A DNA stretch of 64,000 bases from Chloroflexota bacterium (lineage in GTDB: Bacteria; Chloroflexota; Dehalococcoidia; JACQUO01). Location: contig JACQUO010000034.1 of NCBI GenBank assembly GCA_016210205.1, positions 3,484-67,483 on the forward strand, read 5' to 3'. Positions 29,585 through 38,432 of this stretch are shown here, in pieces (within the stretch, counting starts at the first letter, position 1; each line of letters begins with the position of its first letter). Below the pieces are notes generated by a model. That model saw only the letters and a program-made list of their open reading frames with translations, had not been told where the DNA came from and searched no databases. Position numbers and translations under genes: made by a program.

Positions 29585-32353
29585 CTAGGCTGGCACCTTC
29601 ACCGCCGCTTTGGCTACTTTCACCGCACAGGTCTTGAACTCGGGGATTTTGGCTTGGGGGTCTAAAGCGGGGTTCGTGAGGACATTGGCATTGGCCTCAG
29701 CAAAATGGAAGGACATGGTGATGACACCCGGAGGTGTAGCGCCGGTTACCGCGGCCCGGGCCCTGGCCTGGCCCCTACGGGAGGTCACCTCCACCCAGTC
29801 CCCGTCCTGGATTGCCAGCTTGGTGGCATCGGCGGGGTTTATCTCCACCATCCCTTCTCCCACAATGCGGTTCAGGTCCTTCACCTTCCGGGTCATGGTG
29901 CCGGTGTGGTAGTGATAGTAGCTTCGGGCCGTGGTGAGCACCAGGGGATAGTCCGCATCGGGCAGCTCCGTCGGCGGCCGGTAGGTCAGGGCCGTGAACT
30001 TGCCTTTGCCGCGGGTGAAGCGCTCCGTGTGGAGGATAGGGGTGCCGGGGTGGTCCGCCGTGGGGCAGGGCCACTGGAGGCCGCCCTCCTTCTCCAGACG
30101 AGCGTGGGAGATGCCGCCGTAGCTCGGCGTGAGGCGAGCCATCTCCTCCATCACCTGGGCCGGGCCGGCGAAGTCGAAGCCCTGGCCCCCCAGGCGCTGG
30201 GCGAGCTGGCAGATTATCTCCCAGTCGGTCCGAGCCTGGCCAAGGGCAGGCAGGGCCGGGCGCACCAGCTGCACCCGGCGCTCGGTGTTGGTGAAGGTGC
30301 CGCCCTTCTCCGCAAAGGAGGTAGCGGGGAGAATCACATGGGCAAACTGGTTGGTCTCGTTCATGAAGATGTCCTGGCACACGAAGAACTCCAGCTTCTT
30401 CAGGGCCTCCTCCACATGGCCTATATCGGGGTCGGAGACCATGGGGTTCTCCCCCATCATGTAGATGGCCTTGATTTTGCCCTCGTAGGCGGCGTTGAAC
30501 ATCTCCACCAGGGTCAGGCCGGGCCTGGCGGGAAGCGAGACGCCCCAGGCCTTCTCATGTTTCTCCCGCAGCGCCGCATCAGCCACCGACTGATAGCCAG
30601 CATAGACATTGGGCAAGGCCCCCATGTCGCAAGAGCCCTGGACATTGTTCTGTCCCCGCAGGGGGTTGACCCCAGCCCCGGGCTTGCCCAGGTTGCCCGT
30701 GAGCATGGCTAGATTGGCGACGGCCATGACATTGTCGGTGCCGTGGCTGCTCTGGGTGATGCCCATGGCATAGAGGATGGCCGCAGGCTTGGTGGTGGCG
30801 TAGAGACGGGCCGCGGCGGCGATGTCCGCTTTGGCCACGCCGGTGAGCTTCTCCACGGTGTCCAAGTCAAAGGCCGCCAGGGAGGCCTTGAAGGCCTCGT
30901 AGTCCTCGCAGCGCTCGGCGATGAAGGCCTTGTCCTCCAGGCCCTGGTCCACGATGGCCCTGGCCAGGCCCGTGAGCAGGGCCACATCGCTCCCCGGCCG
31001 CTGGCGCAGCCAGATGGAGGCGTCCCGGCAGAGGGGTATCTCTCGGGGGTCAGCCACGATAAGCTTGGCCCCGCCTTTCACCGCTTGACGCACCTTCATC
31101 CCGATGACGGGGTGAGTGGCGGTGGTGTTGGAGCCGATGACCAGGAAGCAGGCCGATTGGAGCATCCCCTGGTTGGTGTTGGTCATGGCGGCGCTGCCGA
31201 AGACCGCTCCCAGGCCCGTCACCGAGGAAGAATGGCACAGGCGGGCGCAGTGGTCCACATTGTTAGTGCCCATGACGGCCCGAGCGAACTTCATCATGAG
31301 GTAGTTCTCTTCGTTGGTGCACTTGGCCGAAGAGATGGCGGCGAACTGGTCGATGCCCTTATAGGGGGCGAGCTTCTGCGCGATGAGGCTCAGGGCCTCC
31401 TCCCAGGTGGCCGCCACGAACTGCCCATCCTTCTTGATGAGCGGGGTGGTGAGCCGCTCCGGGCTCTGGATGAAGTCCAACCCGAACTTGCCCTTGACGC
31501 AGAGACGCCCCATGTTGGCCGGGGCATTGGGCTCGCCTTTGACGCGCTGGATTTTATCGTCCTTGATGAAGAGGCGGAGCTGGCAGCCCACGCCGCAGTA
31601 GGGGCAGGTGGTGACCACCTGCCGGTCGGCGAGGCCGGCCCAGCGGTTGGCCCGCTCCACGATGGAGCCCGTGGGGCAGATGTCTATGCAGGAGCCACAG
31701 AAGATGCAGCCCGCCTCCTCCAGGGAGCGTCCGAAGGCGGTGCCCACCAGAGCTTTGCTACCCCGGTAGGTGAAGGCCAGGGCCGAGGCCCCCACCACCT
31801 CATCGCAGATGCGGACACAACGGCCGCAGAGGATGCACAGGTTGTAGTCCCGGTCGTAGAAGGGGTCCTTGTTCTCGATGGGCAGGCCCCGGTAAGAATA
31901 GGGAAGGGTCATCTCGGGGAGCTGGATGTAGCGAGCCACTTCTTTGAGCTCGCACCGCTTGTTCTTGGGGCAGGTGACGCAGCGCTCGCTCACGGAGACA
32001 TGGCGGAGGCAGATGTCACCGGGGCCACAGAGTTCGATGCGGTGGCAGGTGATGCAGGGATGGGGATGCTCGGTGAGCAGGAACTCCAGGATGTTGCGCC
32101 GGAGCTGCTGGAGCTGGGGCGTGTTGGTCTTCACCACCATGCCCGCCGTGACGGGGGTGGTGCAGGCGGTGGGGAAGCCCCGCAGGCGCTCGATTTCGGT
32201 GATGCACATGCGGCAGCCGCCGTAGGGCTTGAGGTCGGGATGGGCGCAGAGGGTGGGGATGTACAGCCCCGCCTGCTGGGCCGCCTCCAGGACCGTGGCT
32301 CCCGCGGGGGCCTTGACCTCCCGTCCGTCGATGCTTAAGGTTACATCTGCCAC
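29585..32353 (-). CDS. formate dehydrogenase alpha subunit (molybdopterin, Cys-type) with NuoG-like N-terminal Fe-S domain
   Basis: 922 aa. N-terminal 2Fe-2S/4Fe-4S Cys clusters, then the MopB cluster CPYCGVGC. The active-site context HCARLCHSSSV has Cys where Sec-type enzymes have Sec. GQNNVQGSCDMG is also present. Confidence 0.85.
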   Translation of the reverse strand: MADVTLSIDGREVKAPAGATVLEAAQQAGLYIPTLCAHPDLKPYGGCRMCITEIERLRGFPTACTTPVTAGMVVKTNTPQLQQLRRNILEFLLTEHPHPCITCHRIELCGPGDICLRHVSVSERCVTCPKNKRCELKEVARYIQLPEMTLPYSYRGLPIENKDPFYDRDYNLCILCGRCVRICDEVVGASALAFTYRGSKALVGTAFGRSLEEAGCIFCGSCIDICPTGSIVERANRWAGLADRQVVTTCPYCGVGCQLRLFIKDDKIQRVKGEPNAPANMGRLCVKGKFGLDFIQSPERLTTPLIKKDGQFVAATWEEALSLIAQKLAPYKGIDQFAAISSAKCTNEENYLMMKFARAVMGTNNVDHCARLCHSSSVTGLGAVFGSAAMTNTNQGMLQSACFLVIGSNTTATHPVIGMKVRQAVKGGAKLIVADPREIPLCRDASIWLRQRPGSDVALLTGLARAIVDQGLEDKAFIAERCEDYEAFKASLAAFDLDTVEKLTGVAKADIAAAARLYATTKPAAILYAMGITQSSHGTDNVMAVANLAMLTGNLGKPGAGVNPLRGQNNVQGSCDMGALPNVYAGYQSVADAALREKHEKAWGVSLPARPGLTLVEMFNAAYEGKIKAIYMMGENPMVSDPDIGHVEEALKKLEFFVCQDIFMNETNQFAHVILPATSFAEKGGTFTNTERRVQLVRPALPALGQARTDWEIICQLAQRLGGQGFDFAGPAQVMEEMARLTPSYGGISHARLEKEGGLQWPCPTADHPGTPILHTERFTRGKGKFTALTYRPPTELPDADYPLVLTTARSYYHYHTGTMTRKVKDLNRIVGEGMVEINPADATKLAIQDGDWVEVTSRRGQARARAAVTGATPPGVITMSFHFAEANANVLTNPALDPQAKIPEFKTCAVKVAKAAVKVPA

Positions 32354-32386
32354 TCTTTACTCACCTCTATCCAAAGTCGGTCAGGG

Positions 32387-35300
32387 TTATTCTTCCAAGT
32401 CACAGCGGAGACAGCGCCGGCACTCGGCCAGGGCCTGCTCCGCGGTGAATCCCAGGTCCACCAGGCTGAAGCTGCCCTGGCGCTGGGCCGGGGGCATGGC
32501 GGGCATTCGGGCCCGGGCGGCGCCGCCCTCGGCAACCTCCGCGGGGACTATCTCCTCGGGCAGGGCGAAGGTCTCGGCGATGTCGCCTTTCCCGCCCAGA
32601 TAGCGGTCCACGGCCATGGCGGCCTCCCGCCCCTGGGCGATGGACTCGATGACGGAGGAGGGCCCCAGCACCACATCGCCGCCGGCGAAGACGCCGGGCC
32701 GGCTGGTGGCCATAGTGTCCTCGTTCACCTCCACCTGGTTGCCCCGTCCCACCTTGATGCCCATCTCCGCCAGGTCCTCGGGCATCTGGCCGATGGCGGC
32801 AATCACGGAGTCCACCTCCATGACATACTCGCTGCCCGGCATGGGCTCGGGGCGGGGGCGGCCGCTGTCGTCGGGGGCGCCCAGGCGCATGCGGACACAC
32901 TCCAGCTTGAGGTGGCCGCTATCCCTGATGACCTGGGTGGGATTGGCCAGGACCTCCAGCTTGGCTCCTTCGTGGAGGGCCTCCTCAATCTCCTCGTGGG
33001 TAGCGGGCATCTCCTTGCGGGTGCGGCGGTAAACTATGGTCACCTCTTTGGCCCCCAAGCGGAGGGCGGTCCTGGCGGCGTCGATGGCGGAGTTGCCGCC
33101 GCCCACCACCACCACCCGGATGCCCAGGTTGAACTTCTGGCCTGAACTCGCCTCCCGGAGGAAGGTGACGCAGTCCAGCACCCCGGGGCCATCCTCGCCC
33201 TTGACCCGCATCTTGGTGCCCAGATGGGCCCCCGTGGCCAGATAGACCGCAGCGTAGCCCTCGGCGAACAGCTTGTCCGCAGACTGCACCCTGGTGTTGG
33301 TCTTGAGCTCCACCCCCAGGGCGGTGATTTCCCCGATTTCTTTATCCAGCACCTCTGCCGGCAGGCGGTAGCGGGGGATGCCCACCCGCATCATGCCGCC
33401 GGCCTGGGGCAGGGCCTCGAGCACCGTGACCTTATGGCCTAGGCGGGCCAGATAGTAGGCTGCGGTGAGGCCGGCGGGGCCGGCGCCCACCACCGCCACC
33501 CGCTTCCCCGTGGGCGGTTTCATGGCGGCTCGGTCCTTCCACTTATCGGTGGCGTGGTCCGCGGCGAAGCGCTTGAGGCTGCAGATGGCGATAGGCTCGT
33601 CCACATCCTTACGGCGGCACTTGGCCTCGCAGGGGTGGAAGCAGACATAGCCCAAGATGGCCGGGAAGGGCACCCGCTCGCGGATGACCGCCAGGGCGGT
33701 GTCGTAGTCGCCCTTCTGAATCTCCCGGATGTAGCGGGGCACATTGATTTGGGCGGGGCAAGTATGGCGGCAGGGGGCGATGATAATGTCCCGGCAGACC
33801 ACGGCGGGGCACTTCTTCTTCTCAATGTGAGCCTTATACTCATCCAGGAAATAACGGGTGGTGGTGAGGATGGGGTTGGGACAGGTCTGCCCCAGGCCAC
33901 AGAGGGAGCCCGAGCGCACGGTGTTGGCCAGGCTGATGAGCTTCTCCACATCCCCGCGCTGGCCCTCGCCCTGGGTGATGCGGGTCATGAGGTTGAGCAT
34001 CTGCCTGGTGCCCACCCGGCAGGGGATGCACTTGCCGCATGACTCAGCCTGGGTGAAGGTGAGGAAGAAACGGGCCAGGTCCACGATGCAGGTGTCCTCG
34101 TCGGCTACCACCATGCCGCCGGAGCCCAGGATGGAGCCCACCTGGGCCAGGGTGCCGAAGTCCACGGGGGTGTCCAGCATGCTGGCGGGTAGGCAGCCGC
34201 CGGAGGGGCCACCGGTCTGCACCGCCTTGAAGCGCTTCTGGTTGGGTATGCCCCCCCCAATCTCGTAGATGATTTTGCGGAGGGGGGTGCCCATGGGCAC
34301 CTCCACCAGGCCACAGTTGGCCACCTTGCCCGTGAGGCTGAAAATCACCGTGCCCTTGGAGTCGGCAGTGCCGATGCCTGCGAACCAGTCGGCTCCCATG
34401 GACAGGATGCGGGCGGCGCTGGTCAGGGTCTTGACGTTGTTGATATTGCTGGGGGAGGCCCAAACGCCCGAGTTGGCCGGGAAGGGTGGCCGCGGCCGGG
34501 GCATGCCCCGCAGCCCCTCGATGGAGGCGATGAGGGCCGTCTCCTCGCCGCAGACGAAGGCCCCCGCACCCTCCTTCAACTGCACATGGAAGGAGAAGCC
34601 CGAGCCCAGGATGTTATCCCCCAAAAAGCCCCGTTCCTCCGCCTGGGCCAGGGCCTTGCGCACACGAACGATGGCCAGGGGGTACTCTGCGCGGACATAC
34701 ATGTAGCCGTGGTTGGCCCCGATGGCATAGGCGCCGACGGTCATGCCCTCAATGCAGGAGTGCGGGTCCGCCTCCAGGATGGAGCGATCCATGAAGGCCC
34801 CGGGGTCCCCCTCGTCGGCGTTGACAATCATATACTTGTTCTGGCCCGGGGCAGCCCGGCAGAAGCTCCACTTCTGCCAGGTGGGGAACCCCGCCCCGCC
34901 GCGGCCCCGAAGGCCGGATTTCTTCACTTCCTCAATGACCTGTTCGGGGGACATCTGGAGAGCCTTCTTCAGGCCCGAATAGACCCCCACCTCCAGAGCA
35001 TCATCGAGGCTCTCGGGGTTGATGTGGCCGCAGTTCTTGAGGACCACCCGGTTCTGCTCTTTATAGAAAATCACATCCTTGTAGTGCGGTATGCGCTCCC
35101 CCGTCTGGGGGTCGGGGTAGAGGAGCCGCTCCACCACCTTGCCCTCTTTGAGATGGGAGCGGGCGATGTCCCGGGCATCCTCGGGCTTGACATGAGTGTA
35201 GAAGACGCCCTCGGGCTCCACGATGGCGATGGGTCCCCGCTGGCAGAAGCCATGGCAGCCGGTGAACTTCACCTGGGCCGGCAGGCCCAGGGCGCGAATC

Positions 35301-35395
35301 TCCGCCTCCAGGCTGACTTGAATCTGCGGCGACTTGGCGGAGGTGCAGCCGGTGCCCTGGCAGATGAGGACAGTATGCCGGGAGTTCTCAGGCAT
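32387..35395 (-). CDS. NuoF-like (NADH/FMN/4Fe-4S) protein fused to a GltD-like NAD(P)H flavoprotein module
   Basis: About 1002 aa. Thioredoxin-like 2Fe-2S N-terminus (CQGTGC...CHGFC). NuoF motifs (GLRGRGGAGFPTWQKW, CGKCIPCRVG). GltD-like part (CRHTCPAQINV, CFHPCEAKC, VAVVGAGPAGL, VVVVGGGNSAID). Start set at ATG 35395, preceded by AGGGGGA. Confidence 0.82.
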   Translation of the reverse strand: MPENSRHTVLICQGTGCTSAKSPQIQVSLEAEIRALGLPAQVKFTGCHGFCQRGPIAIVEPEGVFYTHVKPEDARDIARSHLKEGKVVERLLYPDPQTGERIPHYKDVIFYKEQNRVVLKNCGHINPESLDDALEVGVYSGLKKALQMSPEQVIEEVKKSGLRGRGGAGFPTWQKWSFCRAAPGQNKYMIVNADEGDPGAFMDRSILEADPHSCIEGMTVGAYAIGANHGYMYVRAEYPLAIVRVRKALAQAEERGFLGDNILGSGFSFHVQLKEGAGAFVCGEETALIASIEGLRGMPRPRPPFPANSGVWASPSNINNVKTLTSAARILSMGADWFAGIGTADSKGTVIFSLTGKVANCGLVEVPMGTPLRKIIYEIGGGIPNQKRFKAVQTGGPSGGCLPASMLDTPVDFGTLAQVGSILGSGGMVVADEDTCIVDLARFFLTFTQAESCGKCIPCRVGTRQMLNLMTRITQGEGQRGDVEKLISLANTVRSGSLCGLGQTCPNPILTTTRYFLDEYKAHIEKKKCPAVVCRDIIIAPCRHTCPAQINVPRYIREIQKGDYDTALAVIRERVPFPAILGYVCFHPCEAKCRRKDVDEPIAICSLKRFAADHATDKWKDRAAMKPPTGKRVAVVGAGPAGLTAAYYLARLGHKVTVLEALPQAGGMMRVGIPRYRLPAEVLDKEIGEITALGVELKTNTRVQSADKLFAEGYAAVYLATGAHLGTKMRVKGEDGPGVLDCVTFLREASSGQKFNLGIRVVVVGGGNSAIDAARTALRLGAKEVTIVYRRTRKEMPATHEEIEEALHEGAKLEVLANPTQVIRDSGHLKLECVRMRLGAPDDSGRPRPEPMPGSEYVMEVDSVIAAIGQMPEDLAEMGIKVGRGNQVEVNEDTMATSRPGVFAGGDVVLGPSSVIESIAQGREAAMAVDRYLGGKGDIAETFALPEEIVPAEVAEGGAARARMPAMPPAQRQGSFSLVDLGFTAEQALAECRRCLRCDLEE

Positions 35396-35882
35396 GGTGG
35401 TCCCCCTTGCTGGCATCGCCGAAGAGCTCTTCCACCTTCTTCATGGTCATCTCCCCGTGGGTCTCCTCGTTGATGACCATGGTGGGGGCCAGGGCGCAGG
35501 CGCCGATACAGGCCACCGTCTCCAGGGTGTAGTTCAGGTCGGGGGTGGTCTGCCCCTCTTTGACGCCCAAGCGCTTCTCCACCTCCAGCAGGATGCGGTG
35601 CCCGCCCTTGACATGGCAGGCAGTGCCCCGGCAGACCCGGACCACATTCTTGCCCGTGGGGTGGAGACGGAACTGAGCATAGAAGGTCATGACCCCGAAA
35701 ATCTGGTTCCGGGAGATGTGGAGGAACTTGGCAATCTCCTCCACGGCCTCCTCGGGCAGATAGCCCAGCTTCTCCTGGGTCTTCTGAAGGATAGGGATAA
35801 GGGCACCACGCTCCCCTTTATAGGGGATTAGAAGCTCCTTCATTTGCTCCTTTATGGAGTCAGTCGCAGACGCCATGGCCAT
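35388..35882 (-). CDS. NuoE-like [2Fe-2S] thioredoxin-fold subunit
   Basis: 164 aa. Cys pattern CRGTAC...CIGAC is typical of NuoE/HoxE/FdsG. 8-nt overlap with the downstream NuoF-like gene. Confidence 0.85.
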   Translation of the reverse strand: MAMASATDSIKEQMKELLIPYKGERGALIPILQKTQEKLGYLPEEAVEEIAKFLHISRNQIFGVMTFYAQFRLHPTGKNVVRVCRGTACHVKGGHRILLEVEKRLGVKEGQTTPDLNYTLETVACIGACALAPTMVINEETHGEMTMKKVEELFGDASKGDHHA

Positions 35883-35917
35883 CTCCTGCTAAAAGAAATT
35901 CACGGCTCATATTGAAA

Positions 35918-35937
35918 GGGGTATCCATATACCCCTT
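35918..35937. promoter_or_regulatory. perfect 8-bp inverted repeat between the promoter and the nuoE-like start (operator or leader hairpin)
   Basis: aggggtat-ccat-atacccct, 36 nt upstream of the start codon. Confidence 0.5.
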
Positions 35938-35977
35938 CTGAGGCTCACGCCAAGTCAAATTTCAACCACCAATCCCA

Positions 35978-36006
35978 GTATACCCACTAGGGAACAGCGT
36001 TGCAAG
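35978..36006 (-). promoter_or_regulatory. candidate sigma70-type promoter of the FDH operon
   Basis: Minus strand reads TTGCAA-17 nt-TATACT. Confidence 0.55.
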
Positions 36007-36027
36007 ACCAGCCCGCTGCCTTCCCCT

Positions 36028-37341
36028 TCAGATACCAGGGGCGGCCCCCTCCTCCGCCAGGCGGGCCACCTCGTCCCCCAGGCGGATGCTGTAGGATATA
36101 CCCCGGTCCTGGGGGTAAATCTGGGTGGTGTTGGCCAGATACAGCCCCGGGATAGGGGTGCGGTGAGGGGGAATCCTCTCCCCGTAGCCCGTGGTGATGA
36201 CCGGCTGGCCCGCCGCCTCGCGGAAGAGATGGGCCTCCTCCACCCAGTCGGGCCGGAAACGGGGGTTCAGACGGGACAGATGGGGTAGGTAGAGCATCAG
36301 CAGCTCCTCCACCCTGGCCCCAAAGAGAGGGTTCTTCGGGTCAAGGTAGTTGGAGAGGTAGAGGATGTGCCGTCCGCCGTATTCTGATTTGTCCACCAGG
36401 TTGGTGTGCTCAATGGCGGCCACGAAGGGCACCGTGGGGTCGGCGATATTGAGCCAGTAGATAGGGGTGAGGGACTGCTTCAGGGACAGCACCAGGCAGA
36501 GAGCGGCCTGATAGCGCGCCTGCTCCAGCATCTGGCGATATCCCTGCGGCAGGCTGGGGGCCAGCTGCAGCATGGCCGGCGAGGGCACCGTGGCGATGAC
36601 CGCCTCGGCGGGGTGCTCCCGCCCGCCGGCCACCACCCCCGCCGTCCGCCCCTCCTTCACGGCGATGGCCTGCGCCGGGCTCTCCAGGTGGATGGCCCCA
36701 CCCTGCTTCCTGATGCCCTCGGCCAGGGCATCGGCCACCAACTGAAAGCTGCCTCTAAGGTAGCCCAGCCGCTCCTGCCCCAGGCCCCGGCTTCGGGAGC
36801 CGAAGCGCAGGTGCAGCTTGCCCCAGAGCCAGACCATGGCCACCTCCTCGGCCCGAGGGCCGAACTTGCCCCGGAGCAGAGGGCCCCAGACCACCTCGTA
36901 AATCTCCCGCCCCAGGTGCTGGACAATCCAGTCCCGGGCGGTGATGGTCTCGTACTGGCGCCATTGGGTGTCCCGCTGGAGCCGCAGGCTGGCCAGGCCC
37001 AGGCGGAGCCGGTTGACCAGGCTCAAGGGACGAAAGCGCAGGAGGTCCCACGGGGTGGTGAAGTCATAGACCCGCCCCCCGTGAAAGAAACCCACGCGCG
37101 AGGGCAGCCATTGGAGTCGGTCTCCCAGGCCCAACTCCTGGATGATATTGATTATGTCAATATCGCTGGTGAAGATATGGTGGTAGAAGGCATCCAGCTT
37201 GGCCCCGCCCAGGACGAAGGCGGCGGCCTGGCCCCCCAAAAATGGGTGGGCTTCAAAGAGGCTGACCTGGTGGCCCCGCTGGCCCAAGCGGTAGGCCGCG
37301 GTCAGCCCGGCCAGGCCGCCGCCCACCACGGCCACCCTCAT
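36028..37341 (-). CDS. FAD-dependent oxidoreductase (amine oxidase / phytoene desaturase-like fold)
   Basis: 437 aa. N-terminal dinucleotide motif VAVVGGGLAGLTAAYRL...EA..FLGG. Confidence 0.75.
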   Translation of the reverse strand: MRVAVVGGGLAGLTAAYRLGQRGHQVSLFEAHPFLGGQAAAFVLGGAKLDAFYHHIFTSDIDIINIIQELGLGDRLQWLPSRVGFFHGGRVYDFTTPWDLLRFRPLSLVNRLRLGLASLRLQRDTQWRQYETITARDWIVQHLGREIYEVVWGPLLRGKFGPRAEEVAMVWLWGKLHLRFGSRSRGLGQERLGYLRGSFQLVADALAEGIRKQGGAIHLESPAQAIAVKEGRTAGVVAGGREHPAEAVIATVPSPAMLQLAPSLPQGYRQMLEQARYQAALCLVLSLKQSLTPIYWLNIADPTVPFVAAIEHTNLVDKSEYGGRHILYLSNYLDPKNPLFGARVEELLMLYLPHLSRLNPRFRPDWVEEAHLFREAAGQPVITTGYGERIPPHRTPIPGLYLANTTQIYPQDRGISYSIRLGDEVARLAEEGAAPGI

Positions 37342-38366
37342 GGGCAGTCTAGGTCCTCGGGATGGGTCTCTTCCAGGCCCAGGGCCGCCTCCGGGGATGG
37401 GGCGGTTAGCTCCCCAAGGTCGATGTGGCGCCAGGCCAGGTAAAGCAGCCCCAACAGAGTCAGGGGCACCATAAAAGTGGCATGCAGGACAATGACATAG
37501 GCCGCCGCCGTGGGGCCGGCTGCCCCAAAGAGCACCAGCACCGTCTTACCGGCCCACTCAAAGGGGCCGATGCCCCCCTGGGAGGAGGGCAAAACTGTGA
37601 CCAGGTTGGCTACCGCCATGGTCAGGAGCAGCACCGAGAAGGAGACCTGGAGTGAGAAGGCCTGGGCCACGACGGCGAAGACCAGGGCTTCCCCCAGCCA
37701 GACCAGGACCGAGAGGAAGAGCACCACCGCCAGGTCCCGGGGCCGGCGCAGGTCCTCCAGCCCCACCATGAAGCTGCGGGCATAGCCCGCCACCCGCTCT
37801 CCCAGACTCCCCGGCAGGAGCCTGCGGGTCAGGCCCAGGATAACCTCCTCAAGCCGGGGCGAGCTGGCCAGGGCCAGAAAGGCGACAAAGAGCAGCCCGA
37901 GCAGCAAGCCCATGAGCCGAGCCGAATCCTGGAGCCAGCCATCCAAAGGCAATATGAAGGAGACCACCAGGATGAAGAGGAGCAGGGTAAGCCCGTCCCA
38001 AACTCGCTCCAGGGCGATGGTGCCCAGGGCCGCCATTTTGCTGGTGCCGTGGCCTCGTCCGACGAGATAGGCTCGCCCCAGCTCCCCCAGGCGCAGAGGG
38101 AGCAGGTTGTTGATGGTATAGCCCAGGATGAGCACGGCGAAGAGCTCGGAGAAAGAGAAGCGACCCAAGGGCCGCAGCAGCCAGGCCCAGCGCCAACTCC
38201 GCATTACCATGGTGAGGAAATAGACCGCCACCGCCGGGGCCAGGAGCCAGTACTGGGCCTGCCTCAGGGCCGCGCCTATCTCGGAGAAATCGGTCCGATA
38301 GAAAAGCAAAAAGAGGAAAAAGCTCGTTAGCCCCAGGCCCAGCCAGAAGCGGAGTTTCTTAAGCAA
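37338..38366 (-). CDS. UPF0104 / lysyl-phosphatidylglycerol-synthase-TM-like ('flippase-like') membrane protein
   Basis: 342 aa, multi-TM. RSWRWAWLL and NNLLPLRLGELGRAY motifs. TTG start preceded by GAGGGAGG. 4-nt overlap with the FAD oxidoreductase gene. Confidence 0.7.
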   Translation of the reverse strand: MLKKLRFWLGLGLTSFFLFLLFYRTDFSEIGAALRQAQYWLLAPAVAVYFLTMVMRSWRWAWLLRPLGRFSFSELFAVLILGYTINNLLPLRLGELGRAYLVGRGHGTSKMAALGTIALERVWDGLTLLLFILVVSFILPLDGWLQDSARLMGLLLGLLFVAFLALASSPRLEEVILGLTRRLLPGSLGERVAGYARSFMVGLEDLRRPRDLAVVLFLSVLVWLGEALVFAVVAQAFSLQVSFSVLLLTMAVANLVTVLPSSQGGIGPFEWAGKTVLVLFGAAGPTAAAYVIVLHATFMVPLTLLGLLYLAWRHIDLGELTAPSPEAALGLEETHPEDLDCP

Positions 38367-38397
38367 AGGCCTCCCTCACGATTTTTCCCAACAAGTT

Positions 38398-38426
38398 ATT
38401 ATAGCCAAAAGGCAGGCCCTGGGCAA
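38398..38426 (-). promoter_or_regulatory. candidate sigma70-type promoter (TTGCCC-17-TATAAT)
   Basis: Minus strand reads TTGCCCagggcctgccttttggcTATAAT, about 30 nt upstream of the UPF0104 gene. Confidence 0.5.
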
Positions 38427-38432
38427 CGGAGC

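Noticed and set aside
30743-32338. 531-aa plus-strand ORF, plus the many other 60-340-aa ORFs overlapping fdhA, the nuoF fusion, DUF2298, hppA, glyQS and other genes
   Set aside because: All overlap genes with clear family signatures. Their translations are Arg/Gly/Pro/Ala-rich and show no recognisable domains.
29585-32353. Selenocysteine recoding in the formate dehydrogenase
   Set aside because: The ORF has no in-frame TGA and the active-site position reads Cys (ARLCHSSSV). No SECIS-like requirement or selC gene is seen.
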